A DNA stretch of 64,000 nucleotides, from positions 68,014,001 through 68,078,000 of the forward strand of contig OX597822.1 in the NCBI GenBank assembly GCA_951406725.2. Direction: 5' to 3'. The translations under genes were made by a program, and so were the position numbers. This DNA comes from Octopus vulgaris. Its lineage: Eukaryota. Of the stretch, positions 1 through 13,415 are shown one piece after another. Each line of letters opens with the position of its first letter. Position 1 is the first letter of the stretch. The notes beneath the pieces are model-generated. The model was not told the origin of the DNA. It saw only the letters and a list, made by a program, of their open reading frames with translations, and made no database searches.

Positions 1-441
1 TCCACAACTTTTAGCCCAAATTCCATTCTTATATCCGCGCTAAAGCAATGTTCTGTCTACATCAGTGAATTCAGCTACGTTTCATCTTTTCCATACAGTT
101 TCAGGTCGCCGATAAAAAGAAAATGATTGATCTTAACTTTTCTTTTCTTGAACTCATACCCAGCTTTCGTGTTTCCCAATATCAAAACCAGCGGTATCAC
201 ACACACACACACACATTACAAAACGCAACGATGACAAGTTATCTCCTTGGAAGATTTCACGTTTGACATTTTCAAAGTCCTAAGCTTTGCCTCTCCGATA
301 TCAGTTCAGCAGTTCATCCATTCATATTTCTGGTCAATAAGTCCACCATTTTTGTGTGTAATTCCAAATATCTTCAAGCAATCCATAATCCACGAATGAG
401 GAACCATTTAGTATGCGTTCCAGTAATCTATTCATCATGAC

Positions 442-492
<51 letters not shown>

Positions 493-501
493 CATCATCA
501 C

Positions 502-540
<39 letters not shown>

Positions 541-544
541 TATT

Positions 545-1762
545 ATTCAGTAGTCGTATTTTTATCACGTGCTTTCACTGCACTACCGAGCGCGGTTCTA
601 TGTAACTTGGATATGTGTAGTGATTCGTTGTTATGGTCTTATTTTCCCTGCATTGAAATTGTTTTACGTAGGATGTGTGCGGTGCCTAATAGTGCATATT
701 TTCTGTATGTTTTATATACTTGTTGGTCATGGTGTTTTTGTTATGTATTCGTCTGAATGTTTTTTTATCATACCTAACACACCTACTATGATAGAAATTG
801 TTTCTGTTTTTAAGCTCGACATTGGATTTATCTCTATTTTGAGACCTTTGTATTTTGAAAGTTTCTCTGTTTCTTTTAAAGAAACATTGTCATCTGTTGG
901 TATTGATACATCGATCAGAAAGCATTATTTTTCTTGGTGATCTCTGACAACTATGTCCGGTTTAATTTCTCTATCTGTGTGTATTGCCATATGCCAGAGT
1001 ATTGTTGCTTTTTCACTCTCTGTGAACTTTTCTAGCATGTGCTTATACCATCTTTTTTCCGTTGCTATTCCATAGTGTTGGCATAGTTTCCAGTGTATAT
1101 AGGTCCCAACTCTGTTGTGTCTCTGAATATATTCCTTCTTAGCCAGGACTGGACAGCCAGAGACAATGTGATTTATTGTTTCTTCTCCATCGCCACATAT
1201 TTTGCAGTTACTTGCATTTCTTTTCATTATATGTCTTTGGTGATTTCTGATGGGAAGGCTTCGATCTTGAGTTGCAATTAAAAATCCTTCAGTCTCTGCT
1301 TTAAGTCCTGAGCTACTCAGCATTTGTTGGGCTTTTGCTTTGTCTATTTCTTTTCTGTTTTGTTGCTATCGTTTTATCATCATCCGTTGCAGTTCCAGTT
1401 TTAGTTTGGATTTCAGTTGTTTCACAGCTTTTGTTGTTTTTCTTTTATCATCATAATTGTTAGGTACGATGACTTCTTTTTTGTGTTTGTTAGCTTCCTT
1501 AAAGACTGGAAACAGTTTTTTGTTTTGTTCGTGTTTTATGATTATTAGTTTTCCTTGCTTCTGAAGTAGGCATTTATGTAGTCCTATGGTAGTTACTATG
1601 TAATAGTTTTCTAGCTGTATAAGGCCTCTACCACCTTCGATACGTTGTATATATCGCCGTTCTATGTCAGATTTTGGGTGGTGCGTCCTAAGTCCTAAAT
1701 CCTATTATTCTTGTTTTCCAGTCTATTTTGATTAGTTCATTTAGAGTCCAGTTATTAATATT
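545..1762 (-). mobile_element. 5'-truncated, frameshifted R4/Dong-clade (RLE-type) non-LTR retrotransposon
   Basis: Minus-strand peptides: NWTLNELIKIDWKTR...HHPKSDIERRYIQRIEGGRGLIQLE (RT C-terminus), GLKAETEGFLIATQD, CKICGDGEETINHIVSGC (CCHC knuckle), RHNRV, PDIVV (restriction-like endonuclease). Both ends abut (TAA/TGA)n microsatellite. Confidence 0.9.
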
Positions 1763-1773
1763 ATCATCATCAC

Positions 1774-1833
<60 letters not shown>

Positions 1834-1844
1834 CATCATCATCA

Positions 1845-1890
<46 letters not shown>

Positions 1891-2030
1891 GGCGGCAAGC
1901 TGGCAGAATCGTTACACGCTGGGCGAAATACTTAGCAGTATTTCGCTCATCGGTACGTTCTGTGTTCAAATTCCGCCGAGGTCGACTTTGCCTTTCATTC
2001 TTTCTGGGTCGATAAATTAAGTACTAGTTG
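1891..2030 (+). mobile_element. SINE-B (GGCGGCGAGCTGGCAGAA head, GTCGACTTTGCCTTTCATCCTTTCGGGGTCGATAAA central domain), 3'-truncated
   Basis: Matches more than 10 other copies in the window; directly follows (TTA)n. Confidence 0.85.
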
Positions 2031-2039
2031 TGTACATGT

Positions 2040-2185
2040 GCCTGATACACCAGACACATGTATCACAACCATATGTGCGCGACATGATGACCTCATACCA
2101 AGATAAAGAGTGCATGAACTTGCAGGTAGAACACCCAATTAGAATTTTCTTCAGGTTGAGCAGCCCATGCCGCTCAAAAGGTCAT
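2040..2185 (-). repeat. Fragment of the unclassified repeat at 48530-49084, in opposite orientation
   Basis: acacatgtatcacaaccatatgtgcgcgacatg...gctcaaaaggtc is the diverged reverse complement of about 48857-48995. Confidence 0.75.
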
Positions 2186-2304
2186 TTTCCCACTGATGAT
2201 TTATTGAAATCCCGCAATATTGCTGTTGTTGTTGTTGTTGTTGTTGTGTTTGTTGTTGTTGTGTTTGTTGTTGTTGTTGTTGTTGTTGTTGTCGTTGTTG
2301 TTAA

Positions 2305-2698
2305 GGCGGCGAGCTGGCTGAATCGTTAGCACGCCGGGCGAAATGCTTAGCGGTATTTCGTCTGCCGTTGCGTTCTGAGTTCTAGTTCTGCCGAGGTCGA
2401 CTTTGCCTTTCGTCCTTTCGGGGGTCGATTAAATAAGTACCAGTTACGCACTGGGGTCAATGTAATCGAGTTAATCCGTTTGTCTGTCCTTGTTTGTCCC
2501 CTCTGTGTTTAGCTCCTTGAGGGTAGTAAAGAAATAAGTATTTCACCCGACGCTACGTTCTGCATTCAAATTCCGCTTTACCTTACCTTTCATCATTTCG
2601 GTGTCGATAAAATAAGTACGAGTTGAACACTGAGATCAATGTAATCGATACATCTTCTCCACCAAAATGGCTGCCTTTGTAGCAAAATTTGAAACCAT
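2305..2698 (+). mobile_element. SINE-B dimer
   Basis: Full monomer ending gggtagtaaagaaata, followed by a second partial unit ending aaaatttgaaaccat; preceded by (TTG)n. Confidence 0.9.
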
Positions 2699-2699
2699 A

Positions 2700-3604
2700 G
2701 TGGATAAGTAGCGAGGAAGTTTCGGGGGAACTCTGGGTGTCGACGAGTACGAACCGGCTAGTTCTCCGGAGGTCTTTCCGGTCGAGAAATATCATGGGTA
2801 ATTTCCAGATGTCCTTGGCCTGGCAGTGTTATCGGGGGGGGGGGCGCTACTGGTTCGAGATAAAATCTACAGGCATGAATATGCTGTCAGACGGACTTGT
2901 CAGAGTTGCACGCAGAGTAACGAAACCGTTCTGCCCGCCCTCGTTCAGTGTCCGAGCATTGCTGACTTGTGGGGTTATGTTGAACAGCTGCTGTCACGTA
3001 TGGGATGGATCCGTCTGTCGACCGAGCCCACAGTGATTGCACCGCCGCCCTCCTTCAATCGAGCAGGCAAGGCAGTTTTCCTTTACCTGGTGGCTGTGGC
3101 GAAAGAGGTTGTTTGGTAAGCAAAGCTGAAAGGCATGAGGACATACATTCGTCTTTGGTAGAGCTCACACTGACTTCTTCACGTTTCGCTTGAAAAGGAA
3201 ATTGAGAGTGGAGAGGGAAGCGCTGTCCTCGAATGAGTTTACTGAAAGGTGGGTGAAAGTTGCGAAAATGGCAAGAGTGGATTGTACCTCACTAAGTGTA
3301 GATATGTGAGTCGGAGAGAAGAAATTGGAGAGGGCGCTTGCCCCTGGTGATTTCAGGAAAGTCTCGGACAGTGGGGTTCTTCGATTATCCCTAGAGGCTT
3401 TCCTGTACCAGGAGGGCCACATCTCTATCATCTTCCCCCTTTTTTCTAAACTTTTGTATGCTATGCTTATGTCCCTTCTTTTTCAGTGTATACTGTGAAT
3501 ACTTACTCTTCACCTTTTCATTATTATATGTAAACCCCCACACGTTATGTCTGTCTCTGTATTGTGCCCCTCATTCTTCGCCCTTGTGGCAAATATATGA
3601 GATC

Positions 3605-3667
<63 letters not shown>
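2700..3667 (+). mobile_element. 3' end of a Tx1/L1-clade LINE (zf-RVT region, 3' UTR, (TTA)n tail), degenerate
   Basis: SLAWQCYRG...VRDKIYRH...TCQSCTQSNETVLPALVQCPSIADLW...AVAKEVVW...LKRKLRVEREALSSNEFTERW is typical of the L1/Tx1 ORF2 C-terminal zinc finger region; contains a frameshift and a stop. Confidence 0.8.
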
Positions 3668-3669
3668 GA

Positions 3670-4005
3670 GGCAGCGAGCTGGCAGAAATATTAGCATGCC
3701 AGGCAAAATGCTTAGCGGTATTTCGTCTGCCGCTATGTTCTGAGTTCAAATTCCGCCGAGGTCGACTTTGCCTTTCATCCTTTCGGGGTCGTTTAATTAG
3801 TACCAGTTACGCACTGAGGTCGATATAATCGACTTAATCCCTTTGTCTGTCCTTGTTTGTCCTCTCTGTATTTAACCCCTTGTGGGTAGTAAAGAAATAG
3901 GTATTTCGTCTGCCGCTACGTTCTGAGTTCAAATTCCGCCGAGATCGACTGTACATTTCATCCCTTCGGGATCGATAAAATTTGTACCAGTCAAGTACTG
4001 GAGTC
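3670..4005 (+). mobile_element. SINE-B dimer
   Basis: Full monomer, then a restart at ggtatttcgtctgccg; follows the (TTA)n tail of the LINE. Confidence 0.9.
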
Positions 4006-4050
4006 AAAAATTTGGTGGCTGTGGTGGTGGTGGTGGTGGTGGTTGTTGCT

Positions 4051-4101
<51 letters not shown>

Positions 4102-5393
4102 TACGGAACTCCTTTCATGCTGCACTTCATTAGTACTCATAAAGAACGGGTTTACAAAATAATAACGGCAATCTTTATTTATTTATTTATTTATTTATAC
4201 ATATATTTATATACTTATTTATTTAATTATTTATTATAACCACTTTCAAGTTTTTGATCATCAGTTTTATATAACAAACACGTTTATCATGTAAAGCAAT
4301 CCTACATGTTGCAATAGACAATAGCAGTAAGTTGTAAGTAAAGTTTATAACCCCGACAGCAATAAGAAATAACAATGCCGTCGTGTGCGAAGACGAACCG
4401 AAATCCTAAGAAATGACATCAAATGATGCTATTGAATTAAAAACCATTATTGAAAGTGTGAAATGTGTGCATCAATTGATTTTCAATCGGTACAACTGTA
4501 ATATATATATATATATATATATGCAAGCATATTTGTAAAGGCATTGATTTCCAATACCGTTCGTGTAGACACGTTTCAGAAATCTAAGTGATAGCAACGT
4601 GGTTACAGAATTGTCATGGTTCATTTAAACTTGAACGCGTGTATTTGAAGATTTCTCTTAGTCCCATTGTTTCTCGTGCAAACTAGCATGGATGGCTCTG
4701 TCGTTAAGAAGAATTCGCTTCGCAACCGCATCGTTTCCCTATCGATCCCAATTTGGAGCGTAACTTTCAATTGGCCAGTGTCTTATGGACGAATTTAGCT
4801 AAAGCCCAACACACACACAGATACAGACACATACTCAAACAAACAACACACACATACATATATACATACAGGTATACACACAGCCACATTTAGACACACA
4901 CACACACAGACATATATATATATATATATATAGCCGCAGGCTTGGGTGTGGTACCCTGGGCAAGTGTCTTCTGAAAGAAGCTCGTCGTGGATCTAGTAAA
5001 TCATCTTGCGGTATTTACGGTCGTGCAGTTAGTGACCGAGGTGCTAGAACACCGAACAAAATGCATTATGATATATCAGATATGATACTTAGTAATAGAA
5101 ACGCTTAAGTACCGAGTCAAATAGTTTGTCGCATTGAGTTACGTGCATCTTTGTTCTGAATTTTAGTCAAATGGAGTCCATAAAATATTCACCCATGAAA
5201 TTAATTGCAATGAGTTTCTTTTACTTGTTAGCTTTTATTTAATCGACTCAGTACTTATTTATTTAAAGTCTGGCACATTCTATCGGTTGATTTTGCCGTA
5301 GCGCTAAGTTACGGTGACGTAAACAAACCAACATGTATTGTCAAGCAGTGGGCGGGTAAGCACAAACCTGAAGACGCACGCATACTATATATA

Positions 5394-5449
<56 letters not shown>

Positions 5450-5666
5450 TGAAGGGATGCTGAGAAGTTCCTAGCTTTGGGTAAAAGAAAATACAGGAGG
5501 ATCAGTTAATTATGATTTTATTCAATATATTCCCCTCTCAGATTCACGCACTTATTGCAGCAGTCCTTCAGTTTTTGCAAGCCCTGTAAACGAACTCGGA
5601 CGGTTGGGCCTCCAACTAACCCTTTAACAATAACCTTAAAGTCATGAACGTTTCATCACCCCCTCG
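5450..5666. mobile_element. Mariner-type MITE, copy 1
   Basis: Imperfect TIRs tgaagggatgctgagaagttcctagcttt / aaagtcatgaacgtttcatcaccccctcg, TA on the left; homologous to 7608-7822. Confidence 0.75.
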
Positions 5667-6106
5667 TGTATTTTAAATCATAATATATTTGCGTGTAAAC
5701 CTTACAGGATGTTCTCTTAATAGAAGTAGGTGAAATGGAGAGAAAGAGTGAAGTACTTGTTTAAAAAGCCGCATGAAGAGACACAGTCTGCACCTGTAAT
5801 GCTAAACAATTGATTGTACAGCATCTCACCTGTGAGGTACAGATGTGGGATGAGTCTAAATAATTGTAGTGGATTTGAATAAAGTATCTCGTGAATTCCA
5901 TTTTCTGTATTTCATCTATACATATATAAGATGGGCTTCCATGTAGTTTCCGTCTGCCATATTCACTCACATGGCACAGGTTGGTCCAGTGAGAGGGATT
6001 GAACTCAAAACCAATCTGTTGCAGAGCAAGTCTCTTCACTACATAGCTATAGACAAATATCACAAAACCTGTGGTTAGGCGTCATGCCAGAAAATATTTT
6101 CACCGA

Positions 6107-6321
6107 GGCAGCGAACTGGCAGAATTGTTAGCACTCCTGACAAAATACTTAATGGCATTTCATGCGTTTCTACGTTCTGAGTTCAAATCCCGCCGGGTTC
6201 GACTTTGACTTTTATTCTTTCGGGGTCAATAAAACAAGTACCAATTGAACAGTGGTGTCACTCTAATCGACTTATCCCCTCCCCCGAAGTTTCTAGCCTT
6301 GTGCCAAAATTTGAAATCATT
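6107..6321 (+). mobile_element. SINE-B monomer, older, tail variant ...gccttgtgccaaaatttgaaa
   Basis: Head and central domain match the family. Confidence 0.85.
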
Positions 6322-7016
6322 ATCTTTATTAAAATGGAGATTGTGAAGTGGACGATATTTTCCATTAATCAGTTTCTTTTCTCAAGGTTTTGAGGTCAAA
6401 TCCCGCTGGAATTAACATACGTTCAGGTGTTTACAATCATGATTAAGCATCAAACATGTATCTGAATTGATTCAACGAATATATTACACTTACTTCTGTA
6501 TGAGTATCTGTAAGTTTGTGTGAATATATTTCACTTCTTGTTTGTGGGCACAACGCCAAACAATCATTTTTAGTGAATCATTGCACTAACGTTTTACTTA
6601 CATATTTCATCAACCCTCGAGGAATGAAACGAAAGTCATCTCGGACAGATTTGAACTAGGAATCTTAAGAGAAGGAAAATAATTATTGCGAGACTTCGGA
6701 TTTCTGGCAAGTAGCCATTTTGGTTCTACTTTCTAAATGTTATAGACTAAAAAGCAATTTGGAATATCCTTCTCGGTGAAATTTTCTTGAAGAAAATCAT
6801 GAACGCTAGCCAATTTTATTTCCTTTTTGAATAGCTCTGAAACTGGTTGTAAAAGATTGTTTGGAGTTGGAAGGAAAAGAAGAGCATCGTGGCATCGATA
6901 CAGGAATTTGAAAGCCAATCCCTACTGAAAGTCTCGAATCAGCTTCTCTCTAGCGAATGGCTCAGAAGGAGGAAGACATTTTGGAAATATCCTCGATAAG
7001 AAGGTAACGCTGATAT

Positions 7017-7233
7017 ACTCTTTACTCTTTTACTTGTTTCAGTCATTTGACTGTAGCCTTGCTGGAGCACCACTTTTAGTCGATCGAGCAAATCGACCCC
7101 AGGACTTATTCTTTGTAAGCCTTTTTGCCGAACCGCTAAGTTACGGGAACGTAAACATACCAGCATCGGTTTTTTATCGATTATGGGGGGAGACAAACAG
7201 ATACATACATACATATACACACATACATACATA

Positions 7234-7310
<77 letters not shown>

Positions 7311-7470
7311 GACGAGCTTCTTTCAGTTTCCGTCTACCAAATCCACTCACAACGTTTTGGTTGACCCGAGGCTATAGTAGAAGACACTTGCCCAAGGTAC
7401 CACGCAGTAGGACTGAACCTGGAGCTATGTGGTTGGTAAGCAAGCTACTTACCACACAGCCACCCCTACA
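7017..7470 (-). mobile_element. SINE-A full length (tRNA-like head, CORE-like CCTTGGGCAAGTGTCTTC, internal (TA)n, GTAAAAGA tail)
   Basis: Reverse complement of the GGCGCAGGAGTGGCTGTGTGGTAAG...CAGTCAAATGACTGAAACAAGTAAAAGA family, present in more than 15 copies. Confidence 0.9.
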
Positions 7471-7607
7471 CCAATATACATAAATACATACATATCACAC
7501 ACACACATGCATACACAAACACACACAAGCACACACACAAATACACAGACACACACACCCACACACACACACAAACACACACACATATATACCCACTCTC
7601 AGAGATA

Positions 7608-7822
7608 TGAAGGTTGCTGAAAAATTCCTGGCTTGGGGTAAAAGAAAATACAGTTAATCTGTTAATTATGATTTTATTGAGCATAAAATCTCTCAGATTC
7701 ACACACTTATAACAACAGTCCTTCAGTATTTCTAAGCCCCTGTAAAAAAATCTCAGGAGGTTAGGCCACCAACCAGGCCTTTCGCGATACGCTTAAAGAC
7801 AGGAACTTTTCAGCACCCCTCG
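7608..7822. mobile_element. Mariner-type MITE, copy 2
   Basis: TA-tgaaggttgctgaaaaattcctggctt ... aaagacaggaacttttcagcacccctcg-TA. Confidence 0.8.
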
Positions 7823-8273
7823 TAGGGGAGTTGTTCGTATTATTTAACTTGTGTTATTTCATATACATTCTTTAAAACAAGCCTGTTATTACTCGTACGT
7901 AAAGCCAAACCCCAGAAACAGCTGTAAAGGATTACTCGTATACACTAATTTCTTATTTGCGAGGTTCGAGTATGAACTCGCCGGATTTTTATCACCTATC
8001 CAGAATGAACCATTACGAATGACTAGTTAGATTCTCCTCTCATTTATCTATGAAATTAGAGTAAGGACTTCTTGGATATCAGCCTATCAATAAACAAAAT
8101 AAACAATTACTATGAACTCCCACCATCCTAATTTTCGTGCATTTTCAGTTTGATTTATATATTTTCAAATTCACTCATGATTTAATGCCAGTTACCACCA
8201 CCCTTCATCTTTTATTATATTACGCTCTATACTTAGCTATGTGTCTATGTTTCTAACTTTATATCTACATATA

Positions 8274-8610
8274 GGTCCAGATATGGCTGCGTGTAAGAAG
8301 TTTGTTTCCCAACTACATGGTTCCTGGTTCAGTTCCACTGCGTAGCACCTTCAGCAAATGTTTTCTACTGTAACCTCGGGCCGACCAAAGCCTTGTAAGT
8401 GGATTTAGGAGACAGAAACTGAATGAAGCCCATCGTGTCTTACAATACTCAAAGTTACGATAACGGTATTATCGTAGTTATGATAATTATATTACTATAA
8501 TCAATGACACTGAAAATATCAAAAATGAGGCTGGTCTTTCATTTTTTTCATTAAAAAAAATGAGCATTGTATGTTTTTTTCATAACTGTATATCTACTTT
8601 TGCACAAACA

Positions 8611-8684
<74 letters not shown>

Positions 8685-8878
8685 CCCACCACTTGACAAC
8701 CGGTGTTAGTGTGTTTTCGTCGAAATCTTTTATCAATTCAGTAAAAAGTGAACAGATAAAATAAGTACCAGATTTGAAAAAAGTACGAAATATGAGTGAC
8801 GATTCGTTCAACTAAAAAATTCTTCAAGAGAGTGCCCCAGCATGCCTGCAGTCTAATGAATGAAACAAGTAAAAGATA
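8274..8878 (+). mobile_element. SINE-A, diverged and interrupted between its 5' (to about 8436) and 3' (from about 8680) halves
   Basis: Both halves align to the family. Confidence 0.75.
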
Positions 8879-9469
8879 ACAGACAGAAGATAAACATTCT
8901 ATAAATTTCCTCATTTCAAATGCTGCATATCTGGATTTTACCTTTCATCAACCCATGAAGAAAGATTTGATAAAATAAATATGCGTAATGTATTTGATTT
9001 CTTGTGATCGCTTGCACTTGTTTCCTTCGGCAAATTGGCTTGTGATGTTTGGTCAAAAAGATATTAGAAGATTGAATCAAAGATGTTAAAGCCAGACTTC
9101 GCTCTGTCCATAACTCTGTACTAATTTTCTCTCTGTAAGATTCTCTTCATCTTGAAATTTCAAGCAGTAGACAAGGATCTTCTGTTCAAACTGGCCGTGC
9201 ATTTGTTTACGCAAGAAGACAGCATCAATATCGTTAATCAAAAAGCAATCGCCTTTTGATTAACAAACAAACAAACAAACAAGCAAACAAACACACACAC
9301 ATTTCTTATGTTGGCTTATTATATCAAACGAATGAAATAAAAGTGCTCAATACATCTTGTGCAGAATGTGATTTTTATCGAAGCGGGAAGTTTGTCTGGT
9401 TGGTTCGAGTTTTACGTCATTGTGATCCCGCCGGCGTGAAACTCGGTTTGCAAGTCAAACTCGAGCCGA

Positions 9470-9623
<154 letters not shown>

Positions 9624-10349
9624 CTCTCCTTCTGTAGTTTGTTTCTTTGAATGAGAGCGCTGGATGGTGTTACTCCAGCTTATATTTATTGCCGTTATAT
9701 GTTCGAAACGACGTTGTAATGCTGCAGAGATTACATACAAGGCAGCTTCTCTTTTAAGAGAAACCTGGAAACTGTAGTCAGTGTCAGCAAGACATTTACT
9801 TCTAAAAACGTTTTCCGGTATTTCGTTCCATTACATTTCAATGTGAAGTAGAAGAGTTACATCAGTAATATTTAGCATCTGCTCTGCTTCCTGTTTTATG
9901 AATTGCATATATTTTGCGTTCTTTCAACTTCGTTGGGTGGGAGTTTATCACTTGTTAGGAAACTGTTAAATTTTTTGAAGTGATTTCGATTAAGCCTATT
10001 TGCATGGTTTAAAGGCAATTGCTTGGAATCCACGAAAGCGTGTTGCTGAATTTAAGCTTGCTTCATCTATGGCTAATTGTACATCTCCCTTCCTTTTTAT
10101 CGATGTGATCCATGGTTGCCACTTCCGTTTGTAGAGATGTAGTGTTCAAAATTTATCGAAGGACGTGAAGACATTTGTGAATTTTACATTCAGTATTTCC
10201 GTATCTTTTGATGGTTTTCTGTTTGTAAGCGATTTCCTTAAAATAATGGCCCTATTTTCCAGATTTATAGAAAGCTTTACAATTCGTTTTTATATTTTCT
10301 GCATCCCTAGTTCCTCTTTCTTCTTTCTCTTTTTTGTTGCATTATTTTA

Positions 10350-10545
10350 TTCTTTTATCTTTTATTTCTTTCAATCGCTATACTGCGACGATGCTGGGGC
10401 ACCACCTTCAAAGGTCTTTGACGAACAAAAGATTCCTGTACTTATTTTTAAGACTGGTACTTATTCTATCGACCACTAAGTTACGCATATATAAACCAAC
10501 CAACAGCCGTTGTCAAGCGGTGGGGAGACATACACAGCCTCAAAG
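10350..10545 (-). mobile_element. SINE-A 3' half, diverged
   Basis: gatgctggggcaccacc...cgttgtcaagcggtggggagaca matches the reverse of the SINE-A 3' half. Confidence 0.7.
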
Positions 10546-10564
10546 ACAACCCATTCCCATACAT

Positions 10565-10625
<61 letters not shown>

Positions 10626-10898
10626 GGCGCAGGAGTGGATGTGTGGTAAGTAGCTTGCTTACCAACCACATAGTTCTGGGTTCATTCCCACTGAGTGGCA
10701 CGTTGGGCAAGTGTCTTCTACTATAGCCTCAGGCCGACCAAAGCCTTGTGAGTGGATTTGGTAAATGGAAACTGAAAAAAGCTCGTCGTATATATGCGTG
10801 CGTATGTATGTATGTATGTATGTATGTATGTATGTATGTATGTATGTATGTATGTATGTATGAGTGCATATGTTTGTGTGTCTGTGTTTGTCCCCCAA
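10626..10898 (+). mobile_element. SINE-A, 3'-truncated
   Basis: ggcgcaggagtggatgtgtggtaagtagcttgc head, inserted in (TA)n. Confidence 0.9.
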
Positions 10899-11073
10899 CC
10901 ATTGGTCGGCTCGGCCTCAAATTAGTTTCAGTGAGACTGAACCTGAAAAGAGGTGGTTGCGAAACGAGCTTCTTAACCACACCACTACACCTACACCTAT
11001 CATTATATGAATTCAGTTTCAATTCCTAGTGTACGCTATTATTTTCTATGCGAAAAACATTTTAGCCGTAACG

Positions 11074-11323
11074 AAGTGGTTCCCAACAGTGGTTCCATAC
11101 CTTTTGGTATTAATGGTAGCAACTGTCTTCAAAGACTCATATTATCGTTCAATGCTCGAAATGAGGAGTAGAAAGACAGCCGACAACTAACGAAGGGTTT
11201 TTCCTTCTGTTACTTGTTCTGTTTTCTATTTGTTTCCTCTCGTTGTTTGCCTATTGAACTCATTTGTTTCCGCATTTCATATTGTTTACCGTTGATGACG
11301 TCCTGTACCCATATATGCACATG

Positions 11324-11365
<42 letters not shown>

Positions 11366-11375
11366 CCTTTTTCAA

Positions 11376-11411
<36 letters not shown>

Positions 11412-11676
11412 TTGAAAAAGGATTAGAGAGCTATACGAATCACATATTTATATGTAAATGATGGAGGTGGAAATAGCACGGAAGTATGGCTAAGATACTT
11501 CAATTTAAGAAGAAATTTAATAAACATGATTTTAAAAAATTATTTGGAAAATTATATAAAGAAGATATTACCGGTTTCTATGAATCTCATCTTATTAAAT
11601 CTCAGTAAAAATTTATAAAACTTTGAAATAAAAACAGTTTATCTTCTGTCTCGGACATGCTATTTCCATTTGCATC

Positions 11677-11721
<45 letters not shown>

Positions 11722-11955
11722 GGGAGTAAATCCAAACTTACAGGGAAAAATTAGATTTAGGATTAAATCTAATTTTACAGTATAAATATAAATTAAATTA
11801 GAATTTTAAATTTTTAACTTTAAATTTAAATAATTTAAATTTCGAATTTTGTATTTTATATATTTTGTATATTATATTAATTAATTTTATTTCTATGTTT
11901 TGGTTTATGTTTTTCACTGTTCGATTTGCCTAATAGTGGTTTAATCTCTAATTTA

Positions 11956-12045
<90 letters not shown>

Positions 12046-12134
12046 ATATGAACTTTTGAATTTAGTTCACAGAGCCCCCAGTACTACCTTTGCGGGCCAC
12101 CAGGAGTCCGTGGACCCCAGGTTGGGAACCACTA
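11074..12134. mobile_element. hAT-like non-autonomous element with nested AT-rich/Penelope-like insertions
   Basis: TIRs aagtggttcccaac / gttgggaaccacta; flanking 8-mers ccgtaacg and gagtaaag match only partly. Confidence 0.55.
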
Positions 12135-12667
12135 GAGTAAAGCATGCCTTGCAAAAGAAATTCATAACATCTTTCTCGGTGTTTCTTTCAACTTCTGCTG
12201 GAAGATCTCACGTACGCTGATCTATCCAATGGAAGCTCAAACTTACTTAACACTACACAAGAGCTAACCAGGAAAAAATATATATACATAAAAATACCTA
12301 AAGAATCTGAAGAAATTTCACAGTAAAACAGTCACTATTCATTAATTATTAACGATATTAGTAGCGGCCTGATGCGATGTTGAAACTATTTCCCATCGGT
12401 CACACTTCGTAATTGATTTTTTTTTAACCTCTTCATTTCTTTACACGATTTATGGTAGCGGCTAAATCCCATTTAGTTTATTGGGTTCGCGCCAAAATAA
12501 TATATAGATGCTGAATAGCTTAGCCTCAATTAATTAAATCACAAGGGGAATGAAGTCTGTATATAACATTATTATAATTGCTTTAATCTGTTCAACGGCA
12601 AGGCTGGAGTATTTTCTCTATTACGTGCGTGTGTGTTTATGACCGTACGTGTTTCGGACTCATTGTT

Positions 12668-12821
<154 letters not shown>

Positions 12822-13184
12822 CTTCTTTCTGTGTGCGTTTGTGTGTTGGGGGGATATTCGAGTATGTGAATGTAATGTATAGATCTAAACGAGTGGAAAG
12901 AAAAGAGTTTGATTAGGTTAATGCAATGTTTTCTTTTCCTTAAACACTGTGAAACAACAGCAAGGCAAAAATAATAACGATTCCGAGGATTTCCTTTTTA
13001 CCATTTTTTACAGGAATGGCTCAGACTGTAGGGTTTTTCGTATTTTTTTTTTTTTTGTTGGTTATTTCTTTGCCTTTTTTATAGTGGAGGTAGAATGAAG
13101 TACTGTGAAGTTCTATCAAAAATCATTGTCTCTCCCCAATAATATTAGCGGCGTAAGCAATGGTAAACGGTTTCCAACCAAGAA

Positions 13185-13415
13185 GGCGGCGAGCTGGCAG
13201 AATCGTTAGCACGCCGGGCGAAATGCTTAGCGGTATTTCGTCTGTCGCTACGTTGTGAGTTCAAATTCCGCCGAGGTCGACTTTGCCTTTCATCCTTTCG
13301 GGGTCGATAAATTAAGTACCAGTTACGCACTGGGGTCGATGTAATCGACTTAATACCTATGTCTGTCCTTGTTTGTCCCCTCTGTGTCTAGCCCCTTGTG
13401 GGTAATAAAGAAATA
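13185..13415 (+). mobile_element. SINE-B, young full-length monomer with perfect 16-bp TSD
   Basis: ggtttccaaccaagaa at 13169-13184 and 13416-13431. Confidence 0.95.

Noticed and set aside
9660-10260. Possible decayed LINE ORF on the minus strand (QPWIT motif)
   Set aside because: Single short motif amid many stops; insufficient to call.
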